Shown here piece by piece: positions 8,401-19,054 of a DNA stretch of 64,000 nt. Source of the stretch: a candidate division WWE3 bacterium (lineage in GTDB: Bacteria; Patescibacteriota; 4484-211; GCA-002791395); assembly GCA_013335095.1 (NCBI GenBank), contig JAAXWF010000003.1, positions 69,960 to 133,959 on the forward strand. The letters run 5' to 3'. Under the pieces are notes generated by a model, which was not told where the DNA came from, did not search any database, and was given only the letters and a program-made list of their open reading frames with translations. Each line of letters starts with the position of its first letter. The first letter of the stretch is position 1. The position numbers and the translations under genes are program-made.

Positions 8401-9383
8401 CCCGTTTAATTAGACTTCTCATATTATGTTGTATAAGTATCTTTTTCCTATGGTTGGCGATGAAAGATGTTCATTTAGGTGTTGTTTGGGAATCGTTGAG
8501 CAAGTTCAACAAATTAGGTGTTCTTGGGGCGTTATGTATTTGGATGTGCGGATATATGATCCGGGCGTTCCGTTGGCAAATTTTTTTGAATGCAATTGAT
8601 CATGTGTCATGGCGTAAATCGTTTAACGTCTTGGTTATTGGTTTTATGTCGAATGCATTACTTCCATTACGAGCAGGTGAATTTATTCGAGCATATCTTT
8701 TGAATCAGGTAAATGAAAAAATACCAACCAGTACTGCTTTTGCGACCATTGCCGGTGAGCGGGTATTTGATGGATTGATTGTCGTTGCGCTAACGATTTG
8801 GGGAGCATCGTCACTCCCAGTTCCTGATTGGGCTTCTGCCACCATTCAATTCTCAACGATCTTATTTATTTTCTGTTTTTTTTGTTTTTTGATTGTCGCT
8901 CATTATGCTCGACAATCAATTCAAATTATCAAATCTTTTAGTCGATATTTCCCCAAACGATTAAACCCTCTTATCTATACTTTGAGCGACAAATTTATCG
9001 GCGGTTTAGTGACTCTGACTTCTTGGAAAAACCTGCTGCTGCTACTAGTCCTAAGTATTATTACCTGGTCATTTGAGCTCATTTTTATGTTGCTTTGTGC
9101 CTATAGTTTTCATTTTTCTGTATCATTACATCAAATTGCCTTGCTTACCGGTTTATTAAATCTAGGGGTAATGATCCCGGCTGCACCTGGTGGGGTCGGT
9201 ACTATCGAATTTATCAATGTAGCTGTGTTAACCTTGTTTAGTATTCAAAATTCCGAAGCTTTAGCATATGGCGTTGTTACCCACGCGGCCACAACGATCG
9301 GGATCCTCGGACTGGGCATCTTTGCATTATCCCGTATGCATACAAGCATTGCTCAAATTTGGCAGCGAGTTCGTAATCAATAA
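8397..9383 (+). CDS. Lysylphosphatidylglycerol synthase TM / flippase-like membrane protein
   Basis: RAFRW, LPLRAGEFIR, ERVFD, PAAPGGVG..E. Confidence 0.85.
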   Translation: MTRLIRLLILCCISIFFLWLAMKDVHLGVVWESLSKFNKLGVLGALCIWMCGYMIRAFRWQIFLNAIDHVSWRKSFNVLVIGFMSNALLPLRAGEFIRAYLLNQVNEKIPTSTAFATIAGERVFDGLIVVALTIWGASSLPVPDWASATIQFSTILFIFCFFCFLIVAHYARQSIQIIKSFSRYFPKRLNPLIYTLSDKFIGGLVTLTSWKNLLLLLVLSIITWSFELIFMLLCAYSFHFSVSLHQIALLTGLLNLGVMIPAAPGGVGTIEFINVAVLTLFSIQNSEALAYGVVTHAATTIGILGLGIFALSRMHTSIAQIWQRVRNQ

Positions 9384-9416
9384 GTGTTCATATCCGGTGT
9401 GTTTTATAATAGGTAT

Positions 9417-10577
9417 ATGCCGCGTATTGGAATTGACGCCCGAATCTATAAAACAGGAATTGGCCGGTACACAAGAAATTTATTAGATCAACTTGCCACC
9501 ATCGCACCGGATGATTCCGAGTTTATTATCTTTTTACGTAAGGATGGCTTTGACGAATATCAGCCACCAGGTAAACGTTTCACCAAAGTTCTGGCAGATT
9601 ATCAGCCGTACACATTTTCCGAACAGATTCGTTTTTTAAACGATCTACGCAAATATCGACTCGATTTAGTTCATTTCACCAATTTTAATGTGCCGATTTT
9701 ATGGTGGGGAAACTATGTGGTTACCATTCATGACTTAATTCACCAAAGTCACTCAACGTTTGGTAGCAGTACTCGAAATTATCTGTATTATGTCTTTAAA
9801 AAATTGGTCTACTGGTTTGTGATTCGGTGGGTAGGATTGCGTGCTCAGCGCGTTATTGTACCTTCTATTGCAACAAAAGATGATATCGTGCGTGATCTCG
9901 GAATCGATCCTGCTAAAGTAGTTGTAACCTACGAAGGTATGGATGAATCGTTGCTCGCACGTAGTAATAATGCGACTACATCTGAAGATGATGCGGTACT
10001 TAAACGACACGGTATTGATTCGGGGTACATTTTATATGTTGCGACTATGTATCCGCATAAAAACCACGCATCACTCATCGAGGCTTTTAGACAATTATTG
10101 CATGATGGTCGAACTTATAAACTGGTTTTGGTTGGCAAGGTTGATTTCTTCTCAAATAAACTTAGGGCATCGGTATTAGATTCAGATATAAGGGACCAGG
10201 TGATTTTTCCTAATTTTAACGTGGCTGATGGATATCTATCCGATCAAGAACTGCAGGTTCTTTATCGCCATGCATCAATCTATGTATTTCCTTCGTTGAA
10301 GGAGGGGTTTGGTATACCTATTCTGGAAGCTCAAGCATACGGATTACCGGTCGTTTCATCGAATAAATCATGTCTTCCTGAAATTGGTGGTGATTCGGTT
10401 ATATATGTAAATCCCGAAAATCCAGCTGAGCTTAAAACTGCAATTACCAAATTACTTGATGATGCCTCGCTGCGTGATTCATTGGTTAAAAAAGGGTATG
10501 AAAATATAAAGCGGTTTAGCTGGAACACTATGGCTAAAGAAACGTATCAGGCATATCGGGAGGTCTTAAAAATATGA
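9417..10577 (+). CDS. Glycosyltransferase family 4 (mannosyltransferase-like)
   Basis: IGIDAR, GIGRY, VTIHDL, PHKN, EGFGIPILEAQ; ATG 9417 lies 6 nt after TATAAT. Confidence 0.9.
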   Translation: MPRIGIDARIYKTGIGRYTRNLLDQLATIAPDDSEFIIFLRKDGFDEYQPPGKRFTKVLADYQPYTFSEQIRFLNDLRKYRLDLVHFTNFNVPILWWGNYVVTIHDLIHQSHSTFGSSTRNYLYYVFKKLVYWFVIRWVGLRAQRVIVPSIATKDDIVRDLGIDPAKVVVTYEGMDESLLARSNNATTSEDDAVLKRHGIDSGYILYVATMYPHKNHASLIEAFRQLLHDGRTYKLVLVGKVDFFSNKLRASVLDSDIRDQVIFPNFNVADGYLSDQELQVLYRHASIYVFPSLKEGFGIPILEAQAYGLPVVSSNKSCLPEIGGDSVIYVNPENPAELKTAITKLLDDASLRDSLVKKGYENIKRFSWNTMAKETYQAYREVLKI

Positions 10578-11671
10578 AGATTGCCTTAGTCCATGACGAT
10601 TTTATGCAGTGGGGCGGAGCGGAGCGTTTGTTTACGGCCCTAGCAGAAATGCTCCCAGAATCACCGATATTTACCTCAATGGTATCGGATGACGTATTAA
10701 CCAAGTCCAAACTTGATCGAAGCCGTTTCCATACCTCATGGATGGATAAGATTCCCGCTAAAAAAATATTTAATAAAGCAGTTTTTGCTTGGTATCCAAT
10801 GACATTCGAGAACTTTGATTTTACCGAGTATGACATTGTAATCTCTTCATCGACGCGTTTTGCGCACGGCATAATTACCAAGCCTTCAACGCGCCATATC
10901 GCCTATATCAACTCACCATTTCGCGGATTTTGGGAACCACGGGCATATTTTGGGGATAGTCGTGCAGGAAAACTGTCATATTGGTCACTCCTTCCCTTGT
11001 TATCATATTTTCGAGAATGGGATTATATCGCCGGACAACGAGCCGATATTGTTATCGCGAATAGCCAAACATCCCGTGCTCGAGTCCAAAAATATTACCG
11101 TCGGGACGCTCAAATTATGTATCCGTTTGTTGATCTCGATCGTTTTAAACATTCAGCTAAACCATCATTTACGTTGCCAGATGAATATTTTGTAGTAGTT
11201 TCTCGTTTAGTCGAATGGAAGCGTATTGATGTTGTTATTCAGGCAGCTAACGCGACAGGAAAACAAGTTCTTATCATTGGTACTGGACCCGATAAAGCAC
11301 GACTCGAAGACCTGGCTGGTTCAACGGTCAAATTGCTCGGTTTTGTACCCGATGACGAAGCTACGTATATTCTTGAGCATGCCACCGCGCTTATTCATCC
11401 TCAAAAAGAAGATTTCGGAATGACCGTATTAGAAGCGAATGCCGTAGGAACTCCGGTTATCGCATATAAACGAGGGGGCGCGACTGAAACCGTTGTTGAA
11501 GGTGAAACAGGAACCTTTTTCAAGAAACAAGAAGCATCATCTTTAAGTGAAGCACTTAGTCAATTTGATCGGTCATTATATGATAAAGAGGTAATGGTGG
11601 CTCATGCTCAAACGTTTTCTAAACAATCATTTCTTAATGGATGGCGAGAATTTCTTGATCACCTGGCTTAG
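10574..11671 (+). CDS. Glycosyltransferase family 4 (WbaZ-like)
   Basis: MKIALVHD, GGAER, SRLVEWKR, EDFGMTVLEANA.GTPVIA. Confidence 0.9.
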   Translation: MKIALVHDDFMQWGGAERLFTALAEMLPESPIFTSMVSDDVLTKSKLDRSRFHTSWMDKIPAKKIFNKAVFAWYPMTFENFDFTEYDIVISSSTRFAHGIITKPSTRHIAYINSPFRGFWEPRAYFGDSRAGKLSYWSLLPLLSYFREWDYIAGQRADIVIANSQTSRARVQKYYRRDAQIMYPFVDLDRFKHSAKPSFTLPDEYFVVVSRLVEWKRIDVVIQAANATGKQVLIIGTGPDKARLEDLAGSTVKLLGFVPDDEATYILEHATALIHPQKEDFGMTVLEANAVGTPVIAYKRGGATETVVEGETGTFFKKQEASSLSEALSQFDRSLYDKEVMVAHAQTFSKQSFLNGWREFLDHLA

Positions 11672-12521
11672 GGCGATTCGAATTCGGCAATGGATTAAAA
11701 ACCTTATTGTCATTGCTCCGCTTATTTTTTCCGGTCAATTATTAATTTTTCAGGATATAATCAAGACGCTCGATGCCTTTTGCGCCTTCTGTTTGGCCAG
11801 TAGTGCTGTTTATTTATTTAATGACTTGTATGATCAGGATGTTGATAAACTCCATCCCCAAAAACGAAACCGCCCAATTGCCTCAGGTATAATTTCATCT
11901 CAATCTGCAACTTTTGTATCGCTCCTCTTTGTTGTTCTCTCATTGCTTATTGGACAACAGTTAGGATGGCTATTTAATGTGGTCCTTTCGGGTTTTTTCC
12001 TAGTGAACATATTTTATACGATGGGTATTAAAAAATTAGTGATTTGGGACGTTATTTTTCTTGCATTAAGCTTTGTTATTCGCGCGATTGGTGGCGTTGT
12101 GGCAATTAATGCGTTTTTGTCGCCTTGGCTTTTTGTCTTAACGTTATTTTTAGCGGTACTTTTAGCTCTGGGTAAAAGAAGACATGAGTTAGTATTGTTA
12201 GGGGGAAATGCCGGAAAGCACCGGCGAATTCTAGATAAATATACCGTCCAGCTTTTTGACCAATTGATGGTAGTAATGGTAACGGCGAGTTTAATGGCTT
12301 TCATGTTATATACAATGGCTGAAGAAACCGTGATTCATGTAGGGTCAGTAAAGCTTGTCTATTCAATGCCTTTAGTACTGTACGGTTTGTTCCGTTATTT
12401 GTATCTGGTGTATCGCTATGAACAAGGGGGAAATCCGACCGAGACGCTTTTGTCCGATCCACCCCTTCTTATGAGCGTAATCTTGTGGGGGGTGCTCGCG
12501 GTTGCTATAATTTACACCTGA
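11637..12521 (+). CDS. UbiA-family decaprenyl-phosphate phosphoribosyltransferase-like protein
   Basis: R..QWIKN, YLFNDLYD...D..HPQKRNRPIASG, KRRHEL; start uncertain. Confidence 0.85.
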   Translation: MDGENFLITWLRAIRIRQWIKNLIVIAPLIFSGQLLIFQDIIKTLDAFCAFCLASSAVYLFNDLYDQDVDKLHPQKRNRPIASGIISSQSATFVSLLFVVLSLLIGQQLGWLFNVVLSGFFLVNIFYTMGIKKLVIWDVIFLALSFVIRAIGGVVAINAFLSPWLFVLTLFLAVLLALGKRRHELVLLGGNAGKHRRILDKYTVQLFDQLMVVMVTASLMAFMLYTMAEETVIHVGSVKLVYSMPLVLYGLFRYLYLVYRYEQGGNPTETLLSDPPLLMSVILWGVLAVAIIYT

Positions 12522-12531
12522 CTAGATTTAT

Positions 12532-13983
12532 ATGAGGAAGAGTCAATTATTTATTGCAATTTTTCAGCTTATCGTCGACTATACCGCCGTTATCTCGGCG
12601 TTTTCCGTCGCTTATTGGCTTCGTAGCCGTTGGGATGGTAGCCCACTTGTTCCGTTTGGTGATTTTTTTCTTTTTGCTATGCTGGCTGGTTTAATTTATG
12701 TGTTGATGTTTGGTTATTTAGGGTTGTATGCGATTCGGCGTCATCGTGACCTGGTCGATCAATTATTCGGTATGATTGTTGGAGGACTTTCGGCAACTGC
12801 TTTATCTGGTTCTATAATTTACTTTGGGAAGAACTTCGATTACTCACGGTTAATTCTTGGAACGACATTTATGTTATCAATTGTTTTTGTATGGTTTGGC
12901 CGACTATTTATCGATCAATTGGAGCATATTTGGTATCGCAAAGGATTTGGTATTGTACGCACGCTACTTATCGGTTCGGGATCTCTTTTAACAATGACCA
13001 TTAATGGGTACAGCACCTCAGATGGAAGTGCTTTTCGGGTAATCGGCTTACTGTACACTGGGTCTGATGAGCTGGAAAAATCTATTAACGGTGTACGAGT
13101 TCTTGGTACGTTGAGCGTTGATGGCGTAGAAAAGTTAATTAAGGAGGAAGGCCTTCATGAGGTCGTCGTGGCAGATTCCCAAATAGATGAAAATATTGCC
13201 CTCGATCTAATAAATCTATGCGAAATGTACGGTGTGGTGTTTAAATTCGTTCCGGATACCTTCGAGGTCGCGACTGCACGTGTTGTTACTCATGATTTGG
13301 CGGGGTTAGCACTGATTGAACTTAGGCCCACGATACTTGCTGGCTGGATGCTCATTGTTAAACGTGTTCTCGATTTGATCGGTTCCATTTGTGCACTCGT
13401 TCTTTTATCTCCATTATTTGTTATTACGGCGATTGCTATTCGATTAGATTCCAATGGTCCAATCATCTTCAAGCATCGTCGAGTTGGTCGAAATGGCGTT
13501 GAGTTCGATCTATATAAATTCCGTAGTATGTACATGGTTGAAAAAAATGGACAGATGTTGCATGCCAGTGAAAATACTGCTGTCGAAAAACTTAAAGAGC
13601 AGCAATCTAATTACAAACTAGAAAATGACCCTCGTGTCACTAAAGTCGGAAGCATAATTCGCAAAATGAGTATCGATGAATTACCTCAATTTATTAATGT
13701 TATTCGTGGTGAACTCAGTCTTGTTGGACCTCGGGCATATTTAGCTAAAGAACTCGAAAAGCAGCAGGGAACTTACCCGCAGACTAAGGAACTCGTACGC
13801 CGACTTTTAGCTGTTAAACCTGGGATTACGGGATTGTGGCAAGTTTCAGGACGAAGCAATATTGATTTTAAAGAACGAGTGGCGATGGATGCTTATTATG
13901 CTACTCATGCGACAATCTGGATGGATATTAAATTGTTGTTCCAAACTATTCCAGTAGTATTAAAAGGTTCCGGCGCGATGTAA
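12532..13983 (+). CDS. Polyprenyl glycosylphosphotransferase (priming sugar transferase, WcaJ/WbaP-like)
   Basis: N-terminal TMs; KRVLD, YKFRSM, DPRVT.VG, SIDELPQ, LVGPR, KPGITGLWQVSGR. Confidence 0.92.
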   Translation: MRKSQLFIAIFQLIVDYTAVISAFSVAYWLRSRWDGSPLVPFGDFFLFAMLAGLIYVLMFGYLGLYAIRRHRDLVDQLFGMIVGGLSATALSGSIIYFGKNFDYSRLILGTTFMLSIVFVWFGRLFIDQLEHIWYRKGFGIVRTLLIGSGSLLTMTINGYSTSDGSAFRVIGLLYTGSDELEKSINGVRVLGTLSVDGVEKLIKEEGLHEVVVADSQIDENIALDLINLCEMYGVVFKFVPDTFEVATARVVTHDLAGLALIELRPTILAGWMLIVKRVLDLIGSICALVLLSPLFVITAIAIRLDSNGPIIFKHRRVGRNGVEFDLYKFRSMYMVEKNGQMLHASENTAVEKLKEQQSNYKLENDPRVTKVGSIIRKMSIDELPQFINVIRGELSLVGPRAYLAKELEKQQGTYPQTKELVRRLLAVKPGITGLWQVSGRSNIDFKERVAMDAYYATHATIWMDIKLLFQTIPVVLKGSGAM

Positions 13984-14037
13984 ACAATGGTATCGGTCCT
14001 TTTAATTGTGCGTTATTTCTTTTATCCTTAATACAGT

Positions 14038-15882
14038 ATGTTTCGAATATATGCTGAAAACAAATGGCGAATAGTATTAGTGCTTGGCGTTATTATAACC
14101 ATGCAACTCTGCTTGTATGTGCTGTTTATAAAGCCAATCCGCGATATTGCATATACTGCCGGGGAATTATATGGCGAAGTATTAGCTTTTCGTTCCACTA
14201 TTTCTTCTAATGATCTCTCGAGCGCCGAAACTCATATGAGTTCAATTAAGCTACGGTTAGAGGATCTTCGTGTGCGCCTGAATAAAATTAGGTATGTCCG
14301 TCATTTCCCTTATTTAAGTGGATATTACGAAGATTCTCAGAACCTTATTCAGGCAGGGATCATTTTTAGCAATTCAGCCGAAGACTTTTTAGTCGATTTT
14401 TTGCCGTTTGCCCCGGTCGTTGGTATCGGTTCTGGTTCGGAAACTGGTACTAGTGATCAAAAGTTGCAACAGCTGGTGACGCTCGCCCCTCAATTGCTTC
14501 CGACTATTGATCGGAGCATTGATGATCTAGAAAAAGCCTTGCCATATCTATTAAATTTGCATTGGGAGCTATATCCAAACACATCAGAGTATCCGATTCG
14601 GGACACACTTCATAAAGTTGTAGATGTTTCTACCGTCGCTCAATCGTATTTATCTGAGGCAAGGACATTTCTGAAAGTCTTTCCCTCTATGTTCGGTGAG
14701 CCAAGTACCAAAAAATACTTGGTTCTGTTCCAAAACGATAAGGAAATCCGTCCAACAGGAGGGTTCATTACTTCTTATACCACGTTAACCATTGATAGCG
14801 GGAAGATTACGATCGAAGATGCAAAAAATATATATGAAGTCTCTAAGAGCGAAGGTTTTTTACCGGCACCTGATCCGATTAAGCAATACTTAAAAGTTAC
14901 CGCATGGCACATGCGAGATACAAACTTTTCACCAGATTTTAAAACCTCAATGGATACGTTTGATAGTTATTGGCGACAACTTGGCCTGACTAAGATTGAC
15001 GGCATCATAACGCTAGATACCCAATTTGTCGCTGGCTTATTGAAACAACTTGGACCAATCGAGATTGCCGACTATGATAATGATTTTTCTGCATATCCAA
15101 ATGTACCGGCAGAATGCAAGCAAGGTGGAAGTACTTTTACCTCGGATAATGTCGTGTGTCGGTTAGAGTACTATGCCCAGCGCTTAACCAACGAGCAAAC
15201 AACACGAAAAGCTGTTATCGGAGATTTGATGGAAAAGATGTTTGATCAATTGATGACCGCTCCTTCAAATAAATGGTATCCGTTAATTTCTGAAGTTCTA
15301 ACGGAGCTTAGTCAAAAACACATGCTCACGTACTTTAAAGATCAAGACGTTCAAGATCTTGGTGAACGACTTAACTGGACTGGTCGTATCCAAGATACTT
15401 CGGGTGACTATCTCCATATTAATGATGCCAATCTTGCTGGTCTAAAATCGGATATGTATCTAAAGCGTTCGGTGGATCAACGATTAGATATTGCTGCTGA
15501 TGGAAGTATTACAAAAACCGTTGCGTTAACCTACGAAAATACTGGTGCGTTTGACGGATGGCTCAATGCCACAGCTCGTAACTACGTTCGAGTGTACGTG
15601 CCAAAGGGATCAAAACTTATTGACGTCAGTGGCGGGGAGGCTAAAACGACGACTCACGATGATTTAGGTAAAACAGTTTTTGATAACTTTATTACGGTAA
15701 AGCCAAAGTCATCTACTACGATAACTTTTACCTATCAGATCCCCATGAAGTATAGTGATGATATGGACATCTTAATCCAAAAACAACCAGGTATTGATCG
15801 AGCTTATCATTCTTTGGATGTAAATGGTCAGAAACAACAGTTTGAATTACTTACTGATTTGCGTTTAAACATAAAAAAGTGA
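14038..15882 (+). CDS. DUF4012-family membrane-anchored protein
   Basis: YLVLFQN..EIRPTGGFI, RDTNFSPDF, IDGII, NYVRVYVPKGS, QKQPG. Confidence 0.8.
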   Translation: MFRIYAENKWRIVLVLGVIITMQLCLYVLFIKPIRDIAYTAGELYGEVLAFRSTISSNDLSSAETHMSSIKLRLEDLRVRLNKIRYVRHFPYLSGYYEDSQNLIQAGIIFSNSAEDFLVDFLPFAPVVGIGSGSETGTSDQKLQQLVTLAPQLLPTIDRSIDDLEKALPYLLNLHWELYPNTSEYPIRDTLHKVVDVSTVAQSYLSEARTFLKVFPSMFGEPSTKKYLVLFQNDKEIRPTGGFITSYTTLTIDSGKITIEDAKNIYEVSKSEGFLPAPDPIKQYLKVTAWHMRDTNFSPDFKTSMDTFDSYWRQLGLTKIDGIITLDTQFVAGLLKQLGPIEIADYDNDFSAYPNVPAECKQGGSTFTSDNVVCRLEYYAQRLTNEQTTRKAVIGDLMEKMFDQLMTAPSNKWYPLISEVLTELSQKHMLTYFKDQDVQDLGERLNWTGRIQDTSGDYLHINDANLAGLKSDMYLKRSVDQRLDIAADGSITKTVALTYENTGAFDGWLNATARNYVRVYVPKGSKLIDVSGGEAKTTTHDDLGKTVFDNFITVKPKSSTTITFTYQIPMKYSDDMDILIQKQPGIDRAYHSLDVNGQKQQFELLTDLRLNIKK

Positions 15883-15902
15883 GGTCCGGATGAACCTCAC
15901 TT
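15872..15902. terminator. Hairpin between convergent genes
   Basis: aagtgaggt-ccggatga-acctcactt with upstream A-tract. Confidence 0.55.
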
Positions 15903-15915
15903 CCGTTTAGGCGAT

Positions 15916-16248
15916 CTACGCAGCGTATACATCTTTGTATAACTGCGCAGCTTCAGTTGCGAGCTTTCGACAGCCCGTGACAGCAAGCATCATTGCTTCC
16001 ATATCACGGACAGCCTCCTCAACACACTGCTTTTTGGCCCATTCCTTTCTGTAATAGTTTTTGAGTACCCAAACCGTCGCGTCATGGAACAGGATGAATA
16101 GTTGTGCTGGATTTTCGATCCATTTTCCAGCGTTCTCCATCATCCTTGTCCAAACGATGTCGACCATCACCCCATTGCTTGCTTCTGCGAGCAGGCGACG
16201 AATAGTCGCTCCATCCTCCGGGAGTTGTATCCGGTTGATCTTGGCCAT
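15916..16248 (-). CDS. Hypothetical protein
   Basis: SD CAGGAGG before ATG; fills the gap between DUF4012 and recO. Confidence 0.6.
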   Translation of the reverse strand: MAKINRIQLPEDGATIRRLLAEASNGVMVDIVWTRMMENAGKWIENPAQLFILFHDATVWVLKNYYRKEWAKKQCVEEAVRDMEAMMLAVTGCRKLATEAAQLYKDVYAA

Positions 16249-16357
16249 ATGGCCTCCTGATTATGCCGGTTTGGCCTATAATAATATTATACCTTATTTT
16301 GATCGCTGTTCAATGGTTTCTTGTGCTGTACTAGTCAGACTGAGTACACTTGTTAGT

Positions 16358-16951
16358 ATGATTACGCAAAATGAACGCGGATGGGTAATGAGCCGCTATC
16401 CCTATGGAGAAGGAAGCAGCATGCTGCATGTGTTTACCCGTCAAAGCGGTGTTGTGAGCGTTGTGGCAAAGTCGGTCCGAAAACCATCTTCGCGGCGGGG
16501 TGGGCATGTCGATCTGTTTAATGAAATAGAATGCTCGATTCGGCCATTCGGCGAGGTCTTTGTTTTATCTGAGGTGACTGTGGTGAAAGCATTTGAGAGT
16601 TTAAAACAAGATTTACATAAATTATCGTATCTGTATTACTTTGCCGAGCTTATCGAACTTTTTATTCAACAGGAGTCTGGGCATCATGTATTATATGACA
16701 AGCTGATTTCGGGAATTGAATTTATTGAGAATCACTCGACAAACCACACTCGAAACCTCGATGAAGTCGCCCGGAGATTTGAGATCTACCTGTTAAGATC
16801 TTTGGGTTTTTGGGCTGATGAAGTTCAGGGGAATGACTATCCTACAAACCCTTCTGAACAACAAAAGTATAATCACCAATTAATACGAGAGGTTGTACAT
16901 CGAAACCTTAAGACGCCATCATTTATTGATTTAAATAAAAATAAAAAGTAA
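16358..16951 (+). CDS. recO: DNA repair protein RecO
   Basis: YGEGS..L.VFT...G....AKSVRKP.SRRGGH.DLF; start moved to ATG 16358. Confidence 0.85.
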   Translation: MITQNERGWVMSRYPYGEGSSMLHVFTRQSGVVSVVAKSVRKPSSRRGGHVDLFNEIECSIRPFGEVFVLSEVTVVKAFESLKQDLHKLSYLYYFAELIELFIQQESGHHVLYDKLISGIEFIENHSTNHTRNLDEVARRFEIYLLRSLGFWADEVQGNDYPTNPSEQQKYNHQLIREVVHRNLKTPSFIDLNKNKK

Positions 16952-16966
16952 ATGATTATGTAACCG

Positions 16967-18334
16967 TTAATTTAACTTCTCCTGAAGATATGATTTAAGT
17001 TCGGAGATTGCTACTCGTTCCTGATTTGTTGTGTCGCGATCGCGTACCGTAATCGTATCGTTCTCGAGCGTATCAAAATCAATCGTAATGCACCATGGTG
17101 TTCCGATCTCATCTTGGGCGTAATAGCGTTTTCCAATATTGCCACGCTCATCCCATGCTACCGCCATATCTGAACCAATCATTGCATAGACCTCTTTTGC
17201 CTTCGAGACTAATTCGGGTTTATTTTTGAGGAGTGGAAATACGGCCGCTTGATACGGTGCTAGCGTTGGTTTTATTGATAGCCAGACTCGTTGATCATCT
17301 TCTTGGTACGCTGCACAAAGAATCATTAACGCGGTACGGTTCACCCCAAATGTCGGTTCGATAACATGAGGGATGAGTCGGGTGTTTTGCTGTTGGTCAA
17401 AATAATCTAACTGTGTGCCGGATTTTTCTGAATGATTTCTAAGGTCATAATCGGTACGATAGGCGAGCCCATATAATTCTTTGAAGCCTCCAAATGGATA
17501 ATTATATTCAACATCTTCAGTCCTCGTCGAATAAAATGACAATTCGTCATCGGTATGACGCCTCCATCGTAAATCATTTTCAGGAATACCAAGTCCTGTT
17601 ACCCATGTCCACATATCTTTCTTCCATGATTCGTACTGAGCTTCCCACTCGTCGGGACGAATAAAATACTCTATCTCCATCTGTTCAAATTCGAGAGTTC
17701 TAAAAATAAAATTCCCTTTAGTGATTTCATTACGAAACGCTTTACCGATTTGAGCGATACCAAATGGCAATTTGGGGCTCATTGAATCCATGATTGCCTT
17801 GAAGTTTACAAACATACCTTGTGCAGTTTCGCCTCGTAAATAGGCGAGCGATTCACTTTCGGGTACTATTCCAATATGCGTGGTAAATAGTAGATTAAAT
17901 TGACGGGCTGGGGTCCAATCAAATTCCTGACATGTCGGACAAGTTAAATGATTTTGAGTAATTAGCTGATCCAATTCAGTTGTTGGCAATCCCTCAACTT
18001 TGATGTCTTTTAATGCACCTTCAATTAGGTGATCGGCTCGAGTTCGGGTATGGCACTTTTTGCACTCAACCATCGCGTCTGCAAAGTTATCTGCATGGCC
18101 TGAAGCCCTCCATACGGCTGGATTCATAATAATAGGTGTTTCTATTCCATAAATATCAGGACGCTGACCTACAAAAAATTGCCACCATTGGTTTCGTATA
18201 TTTCGTAAAAGTGCCGTACCTAAAGGACCATATGTCCATGTATTTGCGAGTCCGCCGTAAATTTCTGAATCCTGGAAAATGAATCCTCGTCTTTTGGCTA
18301 GCGCAACGATCTTATCCATCTTATTTTCAATCAT
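16967..18334 (-). CDS. glyQS: Glycine--tRNA ligase (alpha2 type)
   Basis: KRRGF...SEIYGG, YLRGETAQG, GKAFRNEI, FRTLEFEQMEIEYF, PHVIEP, IGKRY..QDEIGTP. Confidence 0.97.
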   Translation of the reverse strand: MIENKMDKIVALAKRRGFIFQDSEIYGGLANTWTYGPLGTALLRNIRNQWWQFFVGQRPDIYGIETPIIMNPAVWRASGHADNFADAMVECKKCHTRTRADHLIEGALKDIKVEGLPTTELDQLITQNHLTCPTCQEFDWTPARQFNLLFTTHIGIVPESESLAYLRGETAQGMFVNFKAIMDSMSPKLPFGIAQIGKAFRNEITKGNFIFRTLEFEQMEIEYFIRPDEWEAQYESWKKDMWTWVTGLGIPENDLRWRRHTDDELSFYSTRTEDVEYNYPFGGFKELYGLAYRTDYDLRNHSEKSGTQLDYFDQQQNTRLIPHVIEPTFGVNRTALMILCAAYQEDDQRVWLSIKPTLAPYQAAVFPLLKNKPELVSKAKEVYAMIGSDMAVAWDERGNIGKRYYAQDEIGTPWCITIDFDTLENDTITVRDRDTTNQERVAISELKSYLQEKLN

Positions 18335-18517
18335 TACGTTACTATAGCATTATCCTGCAAAAAAATAACCTGTGTATTCTCTTTCTATTGTTTAATATTT
18401 AAGATCCTTGAGAACTTTTACTCGTAGTTTTATTCCCCCGATCTTGATCTATCGCCTTATTAATATGATGTGTACAAAGTTGATGTTATGAGCCTCTATG
18501 GCGGTACGTATTGATCG

Positions 18518-18574
18518 TTGACACCTGTCTACTATTGGCGGTATATTTTGGTGAGAATTGGTGATTTATGGTGA
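18518..18574 (+). promoter_or_regulatory. mraZ promoter with three MraZ-box-like repeats
   Basis: TTGACA 18518-23, 18 nt, TATATT 18542-47; TGGTGA at 18549, 18559, 18569 (10-bp period, like MraZ operators). Confidence 0.75.
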
Positions 18575-18613
18575 TTAGCGAATTAATGATGGTATCAACA
18601 CAAAAAACTTATT

Positions 18614-19054
18614 ATGTTTTTAGGAGAGTATCGTTCCTCAATTACTTCAGGCAGCCGAATTGCAATACCGAAACCTTTTCGTATCTTTGGTGATGAAAGT
18701 ATCATCTTAACCCGAGGGTATGAGAACTGTATTGTAATGGTCGGGCGTAGCAATTTTGAAAAGTTATTAGATGGGGTGGCGAATATACCTTTTATATCAA
18801 CTGATAAGAGGCAGACTGCACGGTTCTTATTAGCTGGTGCTCACGAGGTTCTACCCGATAGTCAAGGTCGGGTTGTTTTGCCTGTAAATCTAATTGAACA
18901 TGCTCGTTTAAGAAGTGGCGAAGTCGCATTTTTAGGCGTCGGAGAATGGATAGAGATTTGGGATCTTTCTAATTGGAAAGAGTATCAATCTCAACTCGAT
19001 CAACAGGCTCCTGAAATTGCGAATAGATTAGCGAGTCTTAAGGCTCGTGAATAA
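18614..19054 (+). CDS. mraZ: Division/cell wall cluster repressor MraZ
   Basis: MFLGEY, RIAIPKPFR, LTRGYENC, DSQGRVVLP, GVGEWIEIW. Confidence 0.95.
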   Translation: MFLGEYRSSITSGSRIAIPKPFRIFGDESIILTRGYENCIVMVGRSNFEKLLDGVANIPFISTDKRQTARFLLAGAHEVLPDSQGRVVLPVNLIEHARLRSGEVAFLGVGEWIEIWDLSNWKEYQSQLDQQAPEIANRLASLKARE

